DNA from: an uncultured delta proteobacterium | GTDB lineage: Bacteria > Desulfobacterota > Binatia > Binatales > Binataceae | Assembly (NCBI GenBank): GCA_963808235.1 | Contig: CAWEEQ010000004.1 | Span: 2,208,001-2,272,000, forward strand | DNA length: 64,000 nucleotides | Reading direction: 5' to 3' | In this document: positions 8,775-20,259 of the stretch, piece by piece | How the letters are laid out: each line of letters begins with the position of its first letter | Numbering within the stretch: position 1 is the first letter of the stretch | Notes under the pieces: generated by a model | Databases searched by the model: none | What the model was told of the DNA's origin: nothing | The model's input: only the letters and a program-made list of their open reading frames with translations | Translations under genes and position numbers: made by a program

Positions 8775-11700
8775 ATCTTTCCCGTCCGTTCATACTGCGG
8801 CCGGTTGCAACTTCTCTGCTGATGGTCGGACTGATGCTGGCCGGGCTGGTTGCTTACGGACAACTTCCGGTGTCGGCGCTGCCGCAGGTGGACTATCCAA
8901 CCATCCAGGTAATGACTTTTTACCCTGGCGGAAGTCCCGACGTGATGGCCTCTTCGGTGACGGCGCCGCTCGAGCGCCAATTCGGAGAAGTGCCCGGGCT
9001 CACCCAGATGACCTCGAACAGCTCGTTCGGCAGTTCGGTCATCACACTGCAATTCGACCTCAACTTGAACATCGATATTGCCGAGCAGGAGGTACAGGCG
9101 GCGATCAACGCGGCTGCGACTTACCTGCCGACGGATCTGCCGAACCCGCCCGTTTACAGCAAGACGAATCCGGCCGACGCGCCGATCCTCACACTGGCGC
9201 TGACGTTGAAGGAACTGCCACTGGACCAGGTCGAAGACCTGGCCGACACGCGGCTGGCCGAGAAGATCTCGCAACTGCCTGGCGTGGGCTTGGTGAGCAT
9301 CGGCGGCGGCCAGAAACCGTCGGTCCGGATCCAGGCTAATCCTACCTCGCTCGCGTCGTATGGAATGACGCTCGAGGATCTGCGGACGGCAATTGCCGCC
9401 GCCAACGTCGACGAGGCCAAGGGCAACTTCGACGGCAAGCAACAGGCGTACACGATCGGCGCCAACGACCAGCTCCTGACGGCCAAGGACTACATGCCGC
9501 TGATCGTCGCATATCACAACGGTGCGCCGATTAAGCTTTCCGACGTCGCAACCGCGGTCGACGACGCCGAGAACGTCAAGGCGGCGGCGTGGATGAACTT
9601 GACGCCGGCCGTGATCGTCAACGTTCAGCGCCAGCCCGGCGCCAACATCATCGCCGTCGTGGACCGTATCAAGGCTCTGATGCCGCGCTTGCAGGCTTCG
9701 CTGCCCGCATCAGTGAAGGTGGCGATCCTTACCGATCGAACGACCACGATTCGCTCGTCGGTGCAGGACGTGCAGTTCGAGCTGATGCTTACGGTGGCGC
9801 TGGTCGTGATGGTCATCTTTCTGTTCCTGCGCAGTCTGTCGGCGACGATCATTCCCAGCATCGCGGTTCCGCTCTCGCTGATCGGAACATTCGGGGTGAT
9901 GTATCTGCTCGGCTACAGTCTCGACAACCTGTCGCTGATGGCGCTTACGATTTCCACCGGCTTCGTGGTTGACGACGCGATCGTGATGATCGAAAACATC
10001 TCGCGCTTCATCGAGGAAGGCGACAAGCCGCTGGACGCCGCGCTCAAGGGGGCCGAGCAGATCGGTTTCACGATTCTATCGCTGACCGTGTCGCTGATCG
10101 CGGTGCTGATTCCGCTGCTGTTCATGGGCGACATCGTGGGCCGGTTATTCCGGGAATTCGCGGTCACGCTGGCGGTGACGATCCTGATGTCAGCGGTCGT
10201 GTCGCTGACGCTGACGCCGATGATGTGCGCGAAGCTGCTGAAGCATACGCCAGAGAATCAGCAGACCTGGTTCTATCGCAGGTCGGAAAAAGTATTCCAG
10301 GACACGATTGCGTTTTACGGCCGGACACTCGAATGGGTTCTGGAACACGAATTCGAAACGCTGATGGTCGCGATCGCCACGCTGGTCCTGACCATCGTGC
10401 TCTATATCGTGGTGCCTAAGGGCTTTTTTCCGGTGCAGGACACCGGCGTTATCCAGGGGGTTTCCGAAGCGCCGCAGAATGTGTCGTTCGCAGCGATGGT
10501 GCGCGGCCAGCAGGCCCTGGCGCATATCATTCTGCAGGACCCGGCGGTCGAGAGCCTGTCGTCGTTCGTCGGGATCGATGGCACCAACATCACGGTCAAC
10601 AGCGGGCGAATACTGATCAATCTGAAACCGCTCGATCAGCGCAAGGTTGACATCACCACGGTTATCAACCGGCTGGCGCCGAAGTTGGCGACCGTCAACG
10701 GGATAACGCTGTACCTGCAGCCGGTGCAGGACCTTACGGTCGAAGACCGCGTGAGCCGCACTCAGTATCAGTACAGCCTGGAAGATCCAAGCGGCGATGA
10801 ATTAAACGTATGGACCAAGAAACTGGTCGACAAGCTCAAGACGCTGCCCGCGCTGCGAAGCCTCGCGACCGACCAGCAGAACGCCGGCTGGGAAGAGCAT
10901 ATCGTCATCGATCGGCTGACCGCCTCGCGCCTGGGCATCACGCCGAATCTGATCGACCAGACCTTGTACGACGCCTTCGGTCAGCGGCAGGTGTCGACGA
11001 TCTTCACGCAGCTGAACCAATATCACGTGGTACTCGAAGTGGCGCCTGAGTTTCAGCGAAATCCGCACGCGCTCGACGACATCTATATTCGCTCGAACAC
11101 CGGCGGTGAGGTGCCGCTTAGCGCGTTCACCCGCTTCGAACCGGGTTCGGCCCCGCTTGCCGTCAACCATGAGGGCCAGTTTCCCGCGGTTACAATCTCG
11201 TTCGATCTCGCTCCGGGCTACGCGCTGGGCGATGCGGTGACCGCGATCGACCAGGCGCGCGCGGAAATCGGGATGCCGGACAGTATCTCGGCTTCGTTCC
11301 AGGGAACCGCGGCGGCGTTCCGCGCGTCGCTCAAGAACGAGCCGCTGCTGATCCTCGCGGCGCTGGTAACCGTGTATATCGTGCTCGGAGTTCTCTACGA
11401 GAGTTACATTCACCCGGTCACGATTCTCTCGACCCTGCCTTCCGCCGGCGTCGGCGCGATCCTGGCGCTGATGATCTGCGGCTCCGATCTGAACGTGATC
11501 GCGCTCATCGGTATCATCCTGCTGATCGGTATCGTGAAGAAGAACGCGATCATGATGATCGACTTCGCCCTTGAAGCTCAGCGTGAGGAGGGCAAGCCGC
11601 CGCACGAAGCGATCTTCCAGGCCTGCCTGCTGCGCTTCCGGCCAATCATGATGACCACGATGGCGGCGTTGCTGGGCGCATTGCCGCTCGCGCTGGGAAC

Positions 11701-11887
11701 GGGAGTCGGCTCTGAGTTGCGCCGCCCGCTCGGAATCGCAATCGTCGGCGGCCTGCTGATAAGCCAGGTGCTCACGCTATACACCACGCCGGTGATTTTC
11801 CTGACCTTCGACCGGATGGCGGCGCGATTTGCCAAATGGCGCGCAAAGGACGTTGTTCCGGAGACCGCTCCGGCTCGTGCGTTATGA
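8771..11887 (+). CDS. mdtB: MdtB/MuxB-like RND permease
   Basis: [34 protein letters not shown] and RFRPIMMTT. First of a tandem heteromeric pair; overlaps mdtA by GTGA. Confidence 0.92.
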   Translation: MNLSRPFILRPVATSLLMVGLMLAGLVAYGQLPVSALPQVDYPTIQVMTFYPGGSPDVMASSVTAPLERQFGEVPGLTQMTSNSSFGSSVITLQFDLNLNIDIAEQEVQAAINAAATYLPTDLPNPPVYSKTNPADAPILTLALTLKELPLDQVEDLADTRLAEKISQLPGVGLVSIGGGQKPSVRIQANPTSLASYGMTLEDLRTAIAAANVDEAKGNFDGKQQAYTIGANDQLLTAKDYMPLIVAYHNGAPIKLSDVATAVDDAENVKAAAWMNLTPAVIVNVQRQPGANIIAVVDRIKALMPRLQASLPASVKVAILTDRTTTIRSSVQDVQFELMLTVALVVMVIFLFLRSLSATIIPSIAVPLSLIGTFGVMYLLGYSLDNLSLMALTISTGFVVDDAIVMIENISRFIEEGDKPLDAALKGAEQIGFTILSLTVSLIAVLIPLLFMGDIVGRLFREFAVTLAVTILMSAVVSLTLTPMMCAKLLKHTPENQQTWFYRRSEKVFQDTIAFYGRTLEWVLEHEFETLMVAIATLVLTIVLYIVVPKGFFPVQDTGVIQGVSEAPQNVSFAAMVRGQQALAHIILQDPAVESLSSFVGIDGTNITVNSGRILINLKPLDQRKVDITTVINRLAPKLATVNGITLYLQPVQDLTVEDRVSRTQYQYSLEDPSGDELNVWTKKLVDKLKTLPALRSLATDQQNAGWEEHIVIDRLTASRLGITPNLIDQTLYDAFGQRQVSTIFTQLNQYHVVLEVAPEFQRNPHALDDIYIRSNTGGEVPLSAFTRFEPGSAPLAVNHEGQFPAVTISFDLAPGYALGDAVTAIDQARAEIGMPDSISASFQGTAAAFRASLKNEPLLILAALVTVYIVLGVLYESYIHPVTILSTLPSAGVGAILALMICGSDLNVIALIGIILLIGIVKKNAIMMIDFALEAQREEGKPPHEAIFQACLLRFRPIMMTTMAALLGALPLALGTGVGSELRRPLGIAIVGGLLISQVLTLYTTPVIFLTFDRMAARFAKWRAKDVVPETAPARAL

Positions 11888-14800
11888 GTATCTCCGAAGT
11901 TTTCATAAGGAAGCCCGTCGCCACCACGCTGCTGACTATCGCGCTGGCACTGGCGGGCGCGATCGCGTTCCGGTTGCTCCCGGTTTCGCCGTTGCCGCAG
12001 GTCGAGTTTCCGACTATCCAGGTCCAGGCGTCGTTGCCCGGGGCGAGTCCGGAGACGATGGCCTCGTCGGTGGCGACTCCGCTCGAGCGCCAGTTCGGCC
12101 GTATCGCCGGTCTGACGGAACTGACTTCGACCAGCTACCTGGGCGCCACCTCGATCGTTTTGCAGTTCGATCTGGACCGCGATATCAACGCCGCCGCACG
12201 CGACGTTCAGGCCGCGATCAATGCCGCGGCGGGGCAACTGCCGAGCACCCTGCCGAGCAAGCCACTTTACCGAAAAGTCAATCCCGCCGATGCGCCGATC
12301 CTGATTCTCGCGCTCACCTCGGACACCATCCGCCCGGGACAGATGTACGACGCGGCGGATTCAATCCTCGAGCAGAAGCTCTCGCAAATAGACGGCGTCG
12401 GCCAGGTAACCGTGGGCGGGAGCGCGCTGCCCGGCGTCCGGGTCGAATTGAATCCAACCCAAATGAGCAACCTCGGCATCGGTCTCGACACGGTGCGAAC
12501 TGCCCTGAACACGGCCAATGCGAACCGGCCCAAGGGCGAACTTGCCGACGACACTCAGACATGGGGGTTGAGCACGACCGATCAGCTGCTCAAGGCCGAG
12601 GACTACCAGCCCCTGATCGTTCGCTACAATCAAGGCGCCGCGGTTCGGCTTTCAGATATCGCCACGGTGCGAGACTCGGTCGAGAACGTTCGCGCGGCGG
12701 GGATGGTCGATGGCAAGGTCGCCGTTTTGATCATCGTTTTCCGCCAGCCGGGCGCAAACATCATAGACACGGTCGATCGGGTCAGCGCCGCGCTGCCGCA
12801 ACTGCGCGCCTCGATCTCGCCCGCGATCAAACTCAGTGTGGTAATGGATCGCACCACGACCATCCGGGCCTCGGTGCACGACGTCGAGTTCACGATGTGC
12901 ATCTCGATCGCACTGGTGATCATGGTGGTGTTCGTGTTCCTGCGTAACCTGCGTTCCACCTTGATTCCCGGAGTCGTGGTTCCGCTCTCTCTGATCGGAA
13001 CCTTCGGCATCATGTACCTGCTCGGTTACAGCCTCGACAACCTGTCGCTGATGGCGCTGACGATTTGCACGGGCTTTGTGGTTGACGATGCCATCGTCGT
13101 CATCGAGAACATTTCGCGCTACCGGGAACAGGGGATGCCGCCGTTCGAAGCGGCGATCAAGGGCGCCGCCGGGATCGGCTTCACGGTCATATCGATCAGC
13201 ATCTCGCTGGTGGCGGTCTTTATCCCGATTTTGCTGATGGGCGGAATCGTCGGGCGGCTGTTCCGCGAGTTCGCGGTAACCCTGTCGGCCGCAGTCCTCG
13301 TCTCGTTGGTCATTTCGCTTACTACGACGCCGATGATGAGCGCGCACCTGCTCAAGCCACACGACCAGGAGAACCAGGGCCGCTGGTACCTTAAGAGCGA
13401 GCGCTTTTTCAAGGGGATGCTTGACCGCTACGAAAGCAGCCTGTTGTGGGTTCTGGACCATCAGCCGCTTACTCTGATGGTATTTTTCGCGACGCTCGGG
13501 CTCAGCATTTTTCTGTTCGAGTTCGTGCCCAAGGGATTCTTTCCACAGCAGGACACCGGGCGCCTGATGGGCGCCGTGCAGGCCGACCAGGACACTTCGT
13601 TCCAGGCAATGAAGGATCGGCTTACACAGCTGGTCGCGGTCATCCACAAAGACCCGGCCGTGGACAACGTGATCGCATTCACCGGCGGCAATGGCGCGAC
13701 CAATACCGCGAACATGTTCATCGGGCTGAAGCCGCTCGGCGAGCGAAAGATCAACGCCGATCTGGTTATCGGGCGGATCCGCAAAGAGGTCGCTCACGTT
13801 GCCGGCGTAAATCTCTATCTGCAAGCCACGCAGGATTTGCGCATAGGCGGCAGAAGCAGCAACGCGCAATACCAATTCACCCTGCAGTCCGACGACCTCA
13901 ATGAACTCAACGGATGGGCGCCGAAGGTGCTCAAGAAATTGCGCACCCTCCACATGCTTACCGACGTGAGCAGCGATCAGCAGAACAGCGGACTTGAAGC
14001 CAACGTGGTCGTCGATCGCGCCACTGCCGCGCGGCTCGGACTCTCGCAACAGGCAATCGACGATACCCTCTACGACGCGTTTGGACAGCGGCAAGTGTCG
14101 ACGATGTACACGCCGCTGAACCAGTACCATGTGGTGATGGAAGTCTCGCCCGATTTCTGGCAGAACCCAGACTCGCTCGAGCATATCCGGGTGCTCTCCA
14201 CCAACGGCCAGCTGGTGAAGCTCAGCACGTTCACGCACTTTGGGAACGATACGACCGCGCTCGCGGTCAATCACCAGGGGCAATTTCCGTCGGTGACGAT
14301 CTCATTCAACCTCGCGCCGGGCGAGGCTCTGGGCGACGCGGTCAACGCGATTGCGCAGGCTGAGCAACAGATCCACATGCCTGCCGACATCCGTGGGACA
14401 TTCCAGGGAACCGCGCAGGCGTTCCAGGACTCGCTCAAGAACGAAGGGTTCCTAATCGCGTTCGCACTTTTCGCCGTTTACATCGTGCTCGGCATTCTCT
14501 ATGAAAGTTACATCCATCCGATCACGATTCTCTCGACACTGCCCTCGGCCGGGGTCGGTGCGATCCTCGCGCTCTTACTGTTCCACATCGAGCTGAGCGT
14601 GATCGCGCTGATCGGAATCATCCTGCTGATAGGCATCGTGAAGAAAAACGCGATCATGATGATCGACTTTGCGCTCGAGGCTCAACGCGGCGAGGGCAAG
14701 TCGCCGCACGACGCCATCTATTCAGCGTGCGTGCTGCGTTTCCGACCGATCATGATGACGACGATGGCAGCGATGTTGGGCGGATTGCCGCTAGCGCTGG

Positions 14801-14997
14801 GAAACGGCACGGGCTCCGAGATGCGCCGCCCGCTTGGAATCGCGATCGTGGGCGGACTGCTGGTGAGCCAAGTGCTGACGCTGTATACGACGCCGGTGAT
14901 CTACTTGTACATGGACCGGCTGAGCGCGGGATGGTCGAAATTGTGGCGTCGCGCGCTTGGCCGATCGACGCCTGCGCGGGCTGACTCGCGCGCGTGA
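11884..14997 (+). CDS. mdtC: MdtC/MuxC-like RND permease
   Basis: Same RND motifs; ATGA overlap with mdtB. Confidence 0.92.
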   Translation: MSISEVFIRKPVATTLLTIALALAGAIAFRLLPVSPLPQVEFPTIQVQASLPGASPETMASSVATPLERQFGRIAGLTELTSTSYLGATSIVLQFDLDRDINAAARDVQAAINAAAGQLPSTLPSKPLYRKVNPADAPILILALTSDTIRPGQMYDAADSILEQKLSQIDGVGQVTVGGSALPGVRVELNPTQMSNLGIGLDTVRTALNTANANRPKGELADDTQTWGLSTTDQLLKAEDYQPLIVRYNQGAAVRLSDIATVRDSVENVRAAGMVDGKVAVLIIVFRQPGANIIDTVDRVSAALPQLRASISPAIKLSVVMDRTTTIRASVHDVEFTMCISIALVIMVVFVFLRNLRSTLIPGVVVPLSLIGTFGIMYLLGYSLDNLSLMALTICTGFVVDDAIVVIENISRYREQGMPPFEAAIKGAAGIGFTVISISISLVAVFIPILLMGGIVGRLFREFAVTLSAAVLVSLVISLTTTPMMSAHLLKPHDQENQGRWYLKSERFFKGMLDRYESSLLWVLDHQPLTLMVFFATLGLSIFLFEFVPKGFFPQQDTGRLMGAVQADQDTSFQAMKDRLTQLVAVIHKDPAVDNVIAFTGGNGATNTANMFIGLKPLGERKINADLVIGRIRKEVAHVAGVNLYLQATQDLRIGGRSSNAQYQFTLQSDDLNELNGWAPKVLKKLRTLHMLTDVSSDQQNSGLEANVVVDRATAARLGLSQQAIDDTLYDAFGQRQVSTMYTPLNQYHVVMEVSPDFWQNPDSLEHIRVLSTNGQLVKLSTFTHFGNDTTALAVNHQGQFPSVTISFNLAPGEALGDAVNAIAQAEQQIHMPADIRGTFQGTAQAFQDSLKNEGFLIAFALFAVYIVLGILYESYIHPITILSTLPSAGVGAILALLLFHIELSVIALIGIILLIGIVKKNAIMMIDFALEAQRGEGKSPHDAIYSACVLRFRPIMMTTMAAMLGGLPLALGNGTGSEMRRPLGIAIVGGLLVSQVLTLYTTPVIYLYMDRLSAGWSKLWRRALGRSTPARADSRA

Positions 14998-15004
14998 TCG
15001 GCGA

Positions 15005-15538
15005 TCAGTAATTGGCAGGTACGTGCATCGCTTCCTGGATTTCATACCAGGAGACTGGCTGATCGGTTTCGAGGTCTTTGATTGCCCGGTCAGCCTTCTT
15101 TTCCTGCACTGAGAAATTCTGCGCAATAACCGGGTCTCGCGTCCAATCCCACCAGCCGCGGTTGTCACGCCACTTAGCTTGCTCAAGTTTCTGTATTAAC
15201 TCGGCGCGTTGCGTTTCGGAGAGAGATTTCGGCGGGACAAACAGCGCGGCGCGCACATCCGCTTGAGGGACACGGACACCGTGTTCGAGGTCGCTAATGA
15301 CATCTTCGACATGGTCCGCTCGCAGCATGAAGTCTCCGGCCGCGACCGGTCCGACGCTCAAATCGGATGCATTGCAGAGATCGAGTGCTTTCGCCGCGCG
15401 CAATTGTTGAATCAGCTCAGTACTATCCGGCATCGGCGCGTAAGATTCAGTCGGCGCACACGCCGACGGTATAGGGACAAGAAGAAGCGTGCTCGAGATT
15501 ATAATCACGCGCCAGTAACTATTCAGTTTTTCAAGCAT
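15005..15538 (-). CDS. Hypothetical exported protein made of two tandem ~68-aa repeats
   Basis: Hydrophobic N-terminus (possible PSAC lipobox). The ELIQ.L..AK..D...PV.A..F......I.DLE....V......A..VP pattern occurs twice. Confidence 0.6.
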   Translation of the reverse strand: MLEKLNSYWRVIIISSTLLLVPIPSACAPTESYAPMPDSTELIQQLRAAKALDLCNASDLSVGPVAAGDFMLRADHVEDVISDLEHGVRVPQADVRAALFVPPKSLSETQRAELIQKLEQAKWRDNRGWWDWTRDPVIAQNFSVQEKKADRAIKDLETDQPVSWYEIQEAMHVPANY

Positions 15539-15714
15539 GACGTGCACCGCGGCGAGACTTAGCCTCTGAGGATGGATCCGTGACGGACCCGATAGCTCTA
15601 AGAATAATCGGCGAGGATCGATGTTACAAGAAACATTCGGGCGGGCGAGCGCCGACGCTGCTGCGGAGTGATCAGGCGGTGCATGCGCTTGCGCATGCAC
15701 CGCCGTCTTGAGGG

Positions 15715-17337
15715 TTAGTACCTGAACTCCAGGTGCAGGAAGAATGCGTGCGTATCGCGCGGTACGGCAAAATCGGTGACCGTATGCTTCGGTCCCATTC
15801 CGACATGCGCGAACTGGTCGTGGTAGTACATGATCGCCTGTGAGTCGGCAGCCACGCGCAGATACTTGTTGATAAGCCACTGCACGCCCAGGTCATAGCG
15901 TTGGAAGTCGAGCGGGTTCTCCTCCTGGCGCGTGTTGGGCAAGAACTGCTGGAACAGGCCGAAGAACGTGAACGGCGTGTGCGGGATATCTAGGTGACCG
16001 AGTACGTCCCAGCCCATCTGCACGGACTGAGTATTCTGGATGTTCTTGACCATCTTATCCCAAGCCGCGAACCCGGTCGGAGTGGTAGGCGTCATGAAGT
16101 CGTCAAGAGGTCCGCTACCCGAGAACAGGTTGCCACTGGTGAACGCATTGTGGCCGTAATCCCACTCGCCGATAATGCCCCAGGTCTCGGCAGTATAGTG
16201 CAGCAGCGCCGCGGCTCGCGCGAGATGCGCGCACGAGGTGTTCTTGAAATTCAGGTCCGGCGTGCACTTGTTGGAGTAGCCGTAATCATAGAAGCCGGTG
16301 AGGCCAAGGCCATCGTACCGCGAATGGGCGCCAAGCGGATTGACCGTGACCCGACCCATCACCTGCTTGTAGGCACTCTGCTCTTGAGCGTGGAAGCTCG
16401 CGTCGTTATAGACGCCGAAGTCGTAGTCGGCGTACTGGGTCTCATGATATTTGATCGGACCCTTCATCGAGACGCCGACCTGCGATGAGCTGAGGCTCAA
16501 ATAGTTCCACGGCGTCAATGCGGTGTACCGGAAGCCCCACAGATTCTCTTCCCAATCGACGAGCGGATTCTGCTGCTGGCCGAAAGTGAATTTGTCGTCG
16601 CTGAGAGCGGGGATCTTCAACACCTTTTTGAAGAAGGTATTGTAGTCGAGATAGGCGTACTTCAAGCGAAAGCCCAGGTCGCCGTCGAGCGAGCTGGCAA
16701 AACCGCTGGTCTTTCCTACGGCGTCAGGGCTCGCGGTTCCGACTTGCGCGTATATGTTGGGCGTCACGCGCATCGAAACGTCATCAACCGGCGTGAATTT
16801 GAAATCCAGGTAGGTGCGTGTGATATTGAACGCGTTGAAGCTGTTGTTGCCGGGACCGGGCCAGTTCTGCTGAGTCAGGAACTGCGGGCCAAATCCGGTG
16901 TGCGAGAAGTACCCATAATCCGCGTAGACCAGCGCGCCGATCGAGATCTTCTTGAACCAGCGGTCGCCGAACTCCTGGACGAAGGGCTGCATCTGTGAAA
17001 CCTGCTTCGCCATCTCGGCGTTCCACTGCTGCTGCTGCGCCGCCCGGCTGGCGAAGTCTGCCTGCATCGCAGCGCGATCGGCGTCGAGTTGCTGCTGGGT
17101 TCGGATTTCGACTTTGCGCTCGATCTCCTCGGTAGATCCGGCGGGTACGTATTCGCCGAGCTTTATGCACCTTTTGCACGGTTTGTAGAACACCTGTCCG
17201 GTGCTCTGATCGGCATATAGGGTGACCGATCTGACCTCGGCGGCGTTCGCGTTGATGGGTGTGATTGCGATGCTGCTGAGCATCAGGATGGTGCCTAGCA
17301 CCGACAGCGCAATCATTCCTGTCCGTCGTCTCATCAT
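15715..17337 (-). CDS. Outer-membrane porin, possibly phosphate-selective (OprO/OprP-like)
   Basis: Signal peptide, Gln-rich coiled coil, NAFNITRTYLDF, FRLKYAYLD, alternating beta strands and terminal LEFRY. RBS AGGGAGG. Confidence 0.75.
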   Translation of the reverse strand: MMRRRTGMIALSVLGTILMLSSIAITPINANAAEVRSVTLYADQSTGQVFYKPCKRCIKLGEYVPAGSTEEIERKVEIRTQQQLDADRAAMQADFASRAAQQQQWNAEMAKQVSQMQPFVQEFGDRWFKKISIGALVYADYGYFSHTGFGPQFLTQQNWPGPGNNSFNAFNITRTYLDFKFTPVDDVSMRVTPNIYAQVGTASPDAVGKTSGFASSLDGDLGFRLKYAYLDYNTFFKKVLKIPALSDDKFTFGQQQNPLVDWEENLWGFRYTALTPWNYLSLSSSQVGVSMKGPIKYHETQYADYDFGVYNDASFHAQEQSAYKQVMGRVTVNPLGAHSRYDGLGLTGFYDYGYSNKCTPDLNFKNTSCAHLARAAALLHYTAETWGIIGEWDYGHNAFTSGNLFSGSGPLDDFMTPTTPTGFAAWDKMVKNIQNTQSVQMGWDVLGHLDIPHTPFTFFGLFQQFLPNTRQEENPLDFQRYDLGVQWLINKYLRVAADSQAIMYYHDQFAHVGMGPKHTVTDFAVPRDTHAFFLHLEFRY

Positions 17338-17441
17338 TTCCCTCCCTGGATCCTCCCCGGAATCCATTGTTCCCCGACCGCTGCTCGCGACGCGGTCCGG
17401 CCCACGTACAAAAAAGCCAGTCCGTATTCTGCGGCTGCGGC

Positions 17442-17484
17442 AAACTAACCAGCGAGCGTTACGACATGATGAGTCGATTGTTAC
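17442..17484 (-). promoter_or_regulatory. Pho-box/OmpR-family-like direct repeats upstream of the porin
   Basis: Minus strand GTAAC-N6-CTCAT-N6-GTAAC (11-bp period), followed 10 bp later by the -10-like TAGTTT. Confidence 0.5.
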
Positions 17485-17628
17485 GAACGCGCGAATTCGG
17501 AGCCGGAATGTGGAAGAAATTCAAATTTGAGATCGGGAGCATTGAGGGTTCGGTAGCGAGCCGCACCTTTCCCGGATATTGCTATCATACTTGTCATATC
17601 GCTCGTAACATGGCATTCAATTGCGGTC

Positions 17629-18511
17629 ATGAGAAACACAAATCTCGCACAGTTCCGTGTCCTCATCGTGACTCTCGTCTGGTCGGCGCTGATGCTCGCC
17701 ACGACGACGCCTTGCCACGCGCAGAGCGTCTCGGAGTTTGGGTGCGCGATCGAGAACTACTTCATAAACTGGTTTCCGCGCGTCACTCAAATCCAGAGCG
17801 AGCAGCCGCACTGGGTAACTCCGTTAGTGACGGTGACGCCGCGGCTCGAGGAGGAGGTTCGCTACGACCAGTTCTTCCAGTCGTCGCGCAACGGGCTTGC
17901 GATCGACAACTTCGGCGGCGGCAAGGGAATCGAGCTCATCCCGTTTCAAAGTACGGAGGTCATAGTAGGGGTTCCGGCGTTTCTGAAGCGCAACATGCCG
18001 CGCAATACCGACGGCTTCGCCGACTGGCCGTTCCTGGTGAAGGTGCGGCTGCTCTCATCCAACGAGGAGCACGGCAACTACATCGTCACCGCATTCATGG
18101 GATTCACGCGTGCCGACCGGCTCGAACGTCAACGGCAACGGACACGCGCTCTTCACCCCGACGCTCGCGGCCGGCAAGGGGTTCGGCAACTTCGATGTAC
18201 AGTCGACGGTCGGCGTCGCGTTCCCGAGCGGCGGTCTCGATCGACTGGGGATGCCGCTGGCGTGGAATACCGCCTTCCAGTATCGCATCTGCAAATATTT
18301 CTGGCCGGAGTTTGAAACCAACTACACCTGGCAGTCGTACGGCGCCGACACCGGTCACAACATGCTCTTTCTCACGCCCGGGATCCTGATCGGGCGGATT
18401 CCGATTCATGACCGGGTTGGCCTGACCTTCGGCGTCGGCGAACAGGTCGCGGTCACAAATCACCGCAACTACAATCACAACCTGATTCTGACTGCGCGAA
18501 TACCGTTCTGA
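17629..18511 (+). pseudogene. Outer-membrane beta-barrel (MetA-pathway/phenol-degradation-like) gene with a +1 frameshift near 18105-18110
   Basis: ORF 17629 (signal peptide, QPHWVTPLVTVTPRLE) turns into junk after AFMGF. The ORF from 18110 continues PTGSN..FTPTLAAGKG.. to a terminal Phe. Removing one base from ttcacgcgtgccg gives F-S-V-P. Confidence 0.75.
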
Positions 18512-18564
18512 TCGTACGGCTTGCGGTGATCGATCGGCGGCGACAGAGTCGCCTCCGTCGCTGG

Positions 18565-19026
18565 CTATCTATAGATCATTTTCACCGGAATCTGCTTCCA
18601 GCCGGAGCCGTCGTAGTGGAACTTGCATTCGTCGAAGGACGGCGCTTTGAACGTCGGCACCACGTTGTTGGAGAATCCGTAACCTTCGAGCGGATAGCCG
18701 ACAAAGTTCGAATCGAATTTGCCGTTTTTGTTCTCATCGTGAAAGATCGTGACGGCGTAGGCGCCAGCCGGAAAAGATCCGCCGAAGACGCACTCGCCGC
18801 TGGCGTTCTTAATCGGAGCCCAAATGTGCTTCAGAATATGAGAGTCGTCGCGCGGAAATCCCGCAGGCCCCTGCCACAGCGAGCATCCGAGCTGCCCTTT
18901 GTCGTTTCGAAAGCCGCTGACTTCGACCTTGATGCCCGCTGCCTTCGTCGTGTCATCGGCTCTGGAAGCGGCCGGCAGCGCGATCATTAACATTGCCAAT
19001 GCTATCAACTGGATTCTTATTCTCAT
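18565..19026 (-). CDS. DUF2141 family secreted protein
   Basis: Signal peptide, GAYAVTIFHDENKNGKFD, P.EGYGFSNN and PSFDE. Confidence 0.9.
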   Translation of the reverse strand: MRIRIQLIALAMLMIALPAASRADDTTKAAGIKVEVSGFRNDKGQLGCSLWQGPAGFPRDDSHILKHIWAPIKNASGECVFGGSFPAGAYAVTIFHDENKNGKFDSNFVGYPLEGYGFSNNVVPTFKAPSFDECKFHYDGSGWKQIPVKMIYR

Positions 19027-19059
19027 CAAGTTTGTCCCGCAGATTTCTCCCGACAAACG

Positions 19060-19083
19060 AAGAGGGTCCAGAGGGACCCTCTT
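19060..19083 (-). terminator. Hairpin downstream of the alcohol dehydrogenase gene
   Basis: Perfect 10-bp stem AAGAGGGTCC-N4-GGACCCTCTT; weak U-tract. Confidence 0.5.
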
Positions 19084-19119
19084 GCGCGTTCACGACGCAC
19101 GATCCACTAAGCGCCGCGT

Positions 19120-20178
19120 TCAGTTGTACTGGTTGATTACCGTGACACCGACGTTCTGGTAGGTGTTCATTTCGTCGAAAATTTTGTTGATTCCGTCGAG
19201 TCCGCAGGTGCCCGTGATCATCGCCTTGGGCGAAACTTTCTTCGCCTCGACCAATTGCAGCATCGCGGGATAGTGCGACGCCTGCATCCCGAGCGATCCG
19301 ATCACTTGAAGCTCCATCGTGACGATCCGATCGATCGGCACCGGGATCTCGCCCTTCTCGGCTGAAGTCGTGAGTCCGATCTGCAGATGCCGTCCCTGCT
19401 TGCGCAGACTCATAATCGAATTGCGGCAGGTGGTCGCGACGCCAAGCGCATCGACCGAAACGTGTGCGCCACTGCCGCCGGTAAGCTCCAATATCGTGGC
19501 AATCGGATCGGCCTTCTTCGCGTTGATAACATGACTCGCGCCCATACCCTTGGCGAGTTCGAGTTTCGCGGAGTCGAGGTCAACGCCGATCACGTTGGCT
19601 CCCATGGCGGCTGCGATGTTGATCGCCGACAGACCGATCCCGCCGCATCCGTGCACCACGACCCATTCACCCGGCTTCACTTGCGCGCGATCGACGATAC
19701 CGTGAAACAACGTCATGAACCGGCATCCCATCGAGGCCGCCTCGACGAATCCGATACTCGCGGGTAGCGTGACCAGGTTCATGTCGGCAAAAGGCACCGC
19801 GACCAGGTGGCCGAATCCGCCGTGATACGAGAAGCCGGGCAGCAGCGGCGTCAGGCACACGTTTGATTGTCCGTTGCGGCAGTACTCGCAGGTGCCGTCG
19901 CCCTGGCTGAACGGGACGACCACGCGATCTCCCTTCTTGAAATTGCGGATGTCCTTGCCGACTTCTTCGACGACGCCGCAAAACTCGTGACCGAGGATCG
20001 CGCCCGGCTGCGCGGAGAGACCCATCCACGTCCAGTCGCCCGACCAGGCGTGCCAGTCGGAACGGCAGATGCCGTTGGCCTCGACGCGGACGATCGCAGA
20101 GTTGGGGGCGCACTCGGGATCGGGCACGGTCTTGACGACCAGTGGTTTTTTTGTGGATTCAAATACTGCTGCTTTCAT
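19120..20178 (-). CDS. Zinc-dependent alcohol dehydrogenase (MDR family)
   Basis: GICRSDWH, GHEFCG, structural-zinc region CEYC..C and GCGGIG. Confidence 0.93.
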   Translation of the reverse strand: MKAAVFESTKKPLVVKTVPDPECAPNSAIVRVEANGICRSDWHAWSGDWTWMGLSAQPGAILGHEFCGVVEEVGKDIRNFKKGDRVVVPFSQGDGTCEYCRNGQSNVCLTPLLPGFSYHGGFGHLVAVPFADMNLVTLPASIGFVEAASMGCRFMTLFHGIVDRAQVKPGEWVVVHGCGGIGLSAINIAAAMGANVIGVDLDSAKLELAKGMGASHVINAKKADPIATILELTGGSGAHVSVDALGVATTCRNSIMSLRKQGRHLQIGLTTSAEKGEIPVPIDRIVTMELQVIGSLGMQASHYPAMLQLVEAKKVSPKAMITGTCGLDGINKIFDEMNTYQNVGVTVINQYN

Positions 20179-20259
20179 TGCGCGGCCTCCTCAAGGTTCA
20201 ATCATTCCGTAGCGCCTTTTCCTCATAGCGCTTTTTCAAACAGATCGGCAAATCAGAAC

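Noticed and set aside
8711-14283. Long antisense ORFs over the RND genes (e.g. 12652-14283)
   Set aside because: Typical high-GC codon-bias shadows with no motifs of their own.
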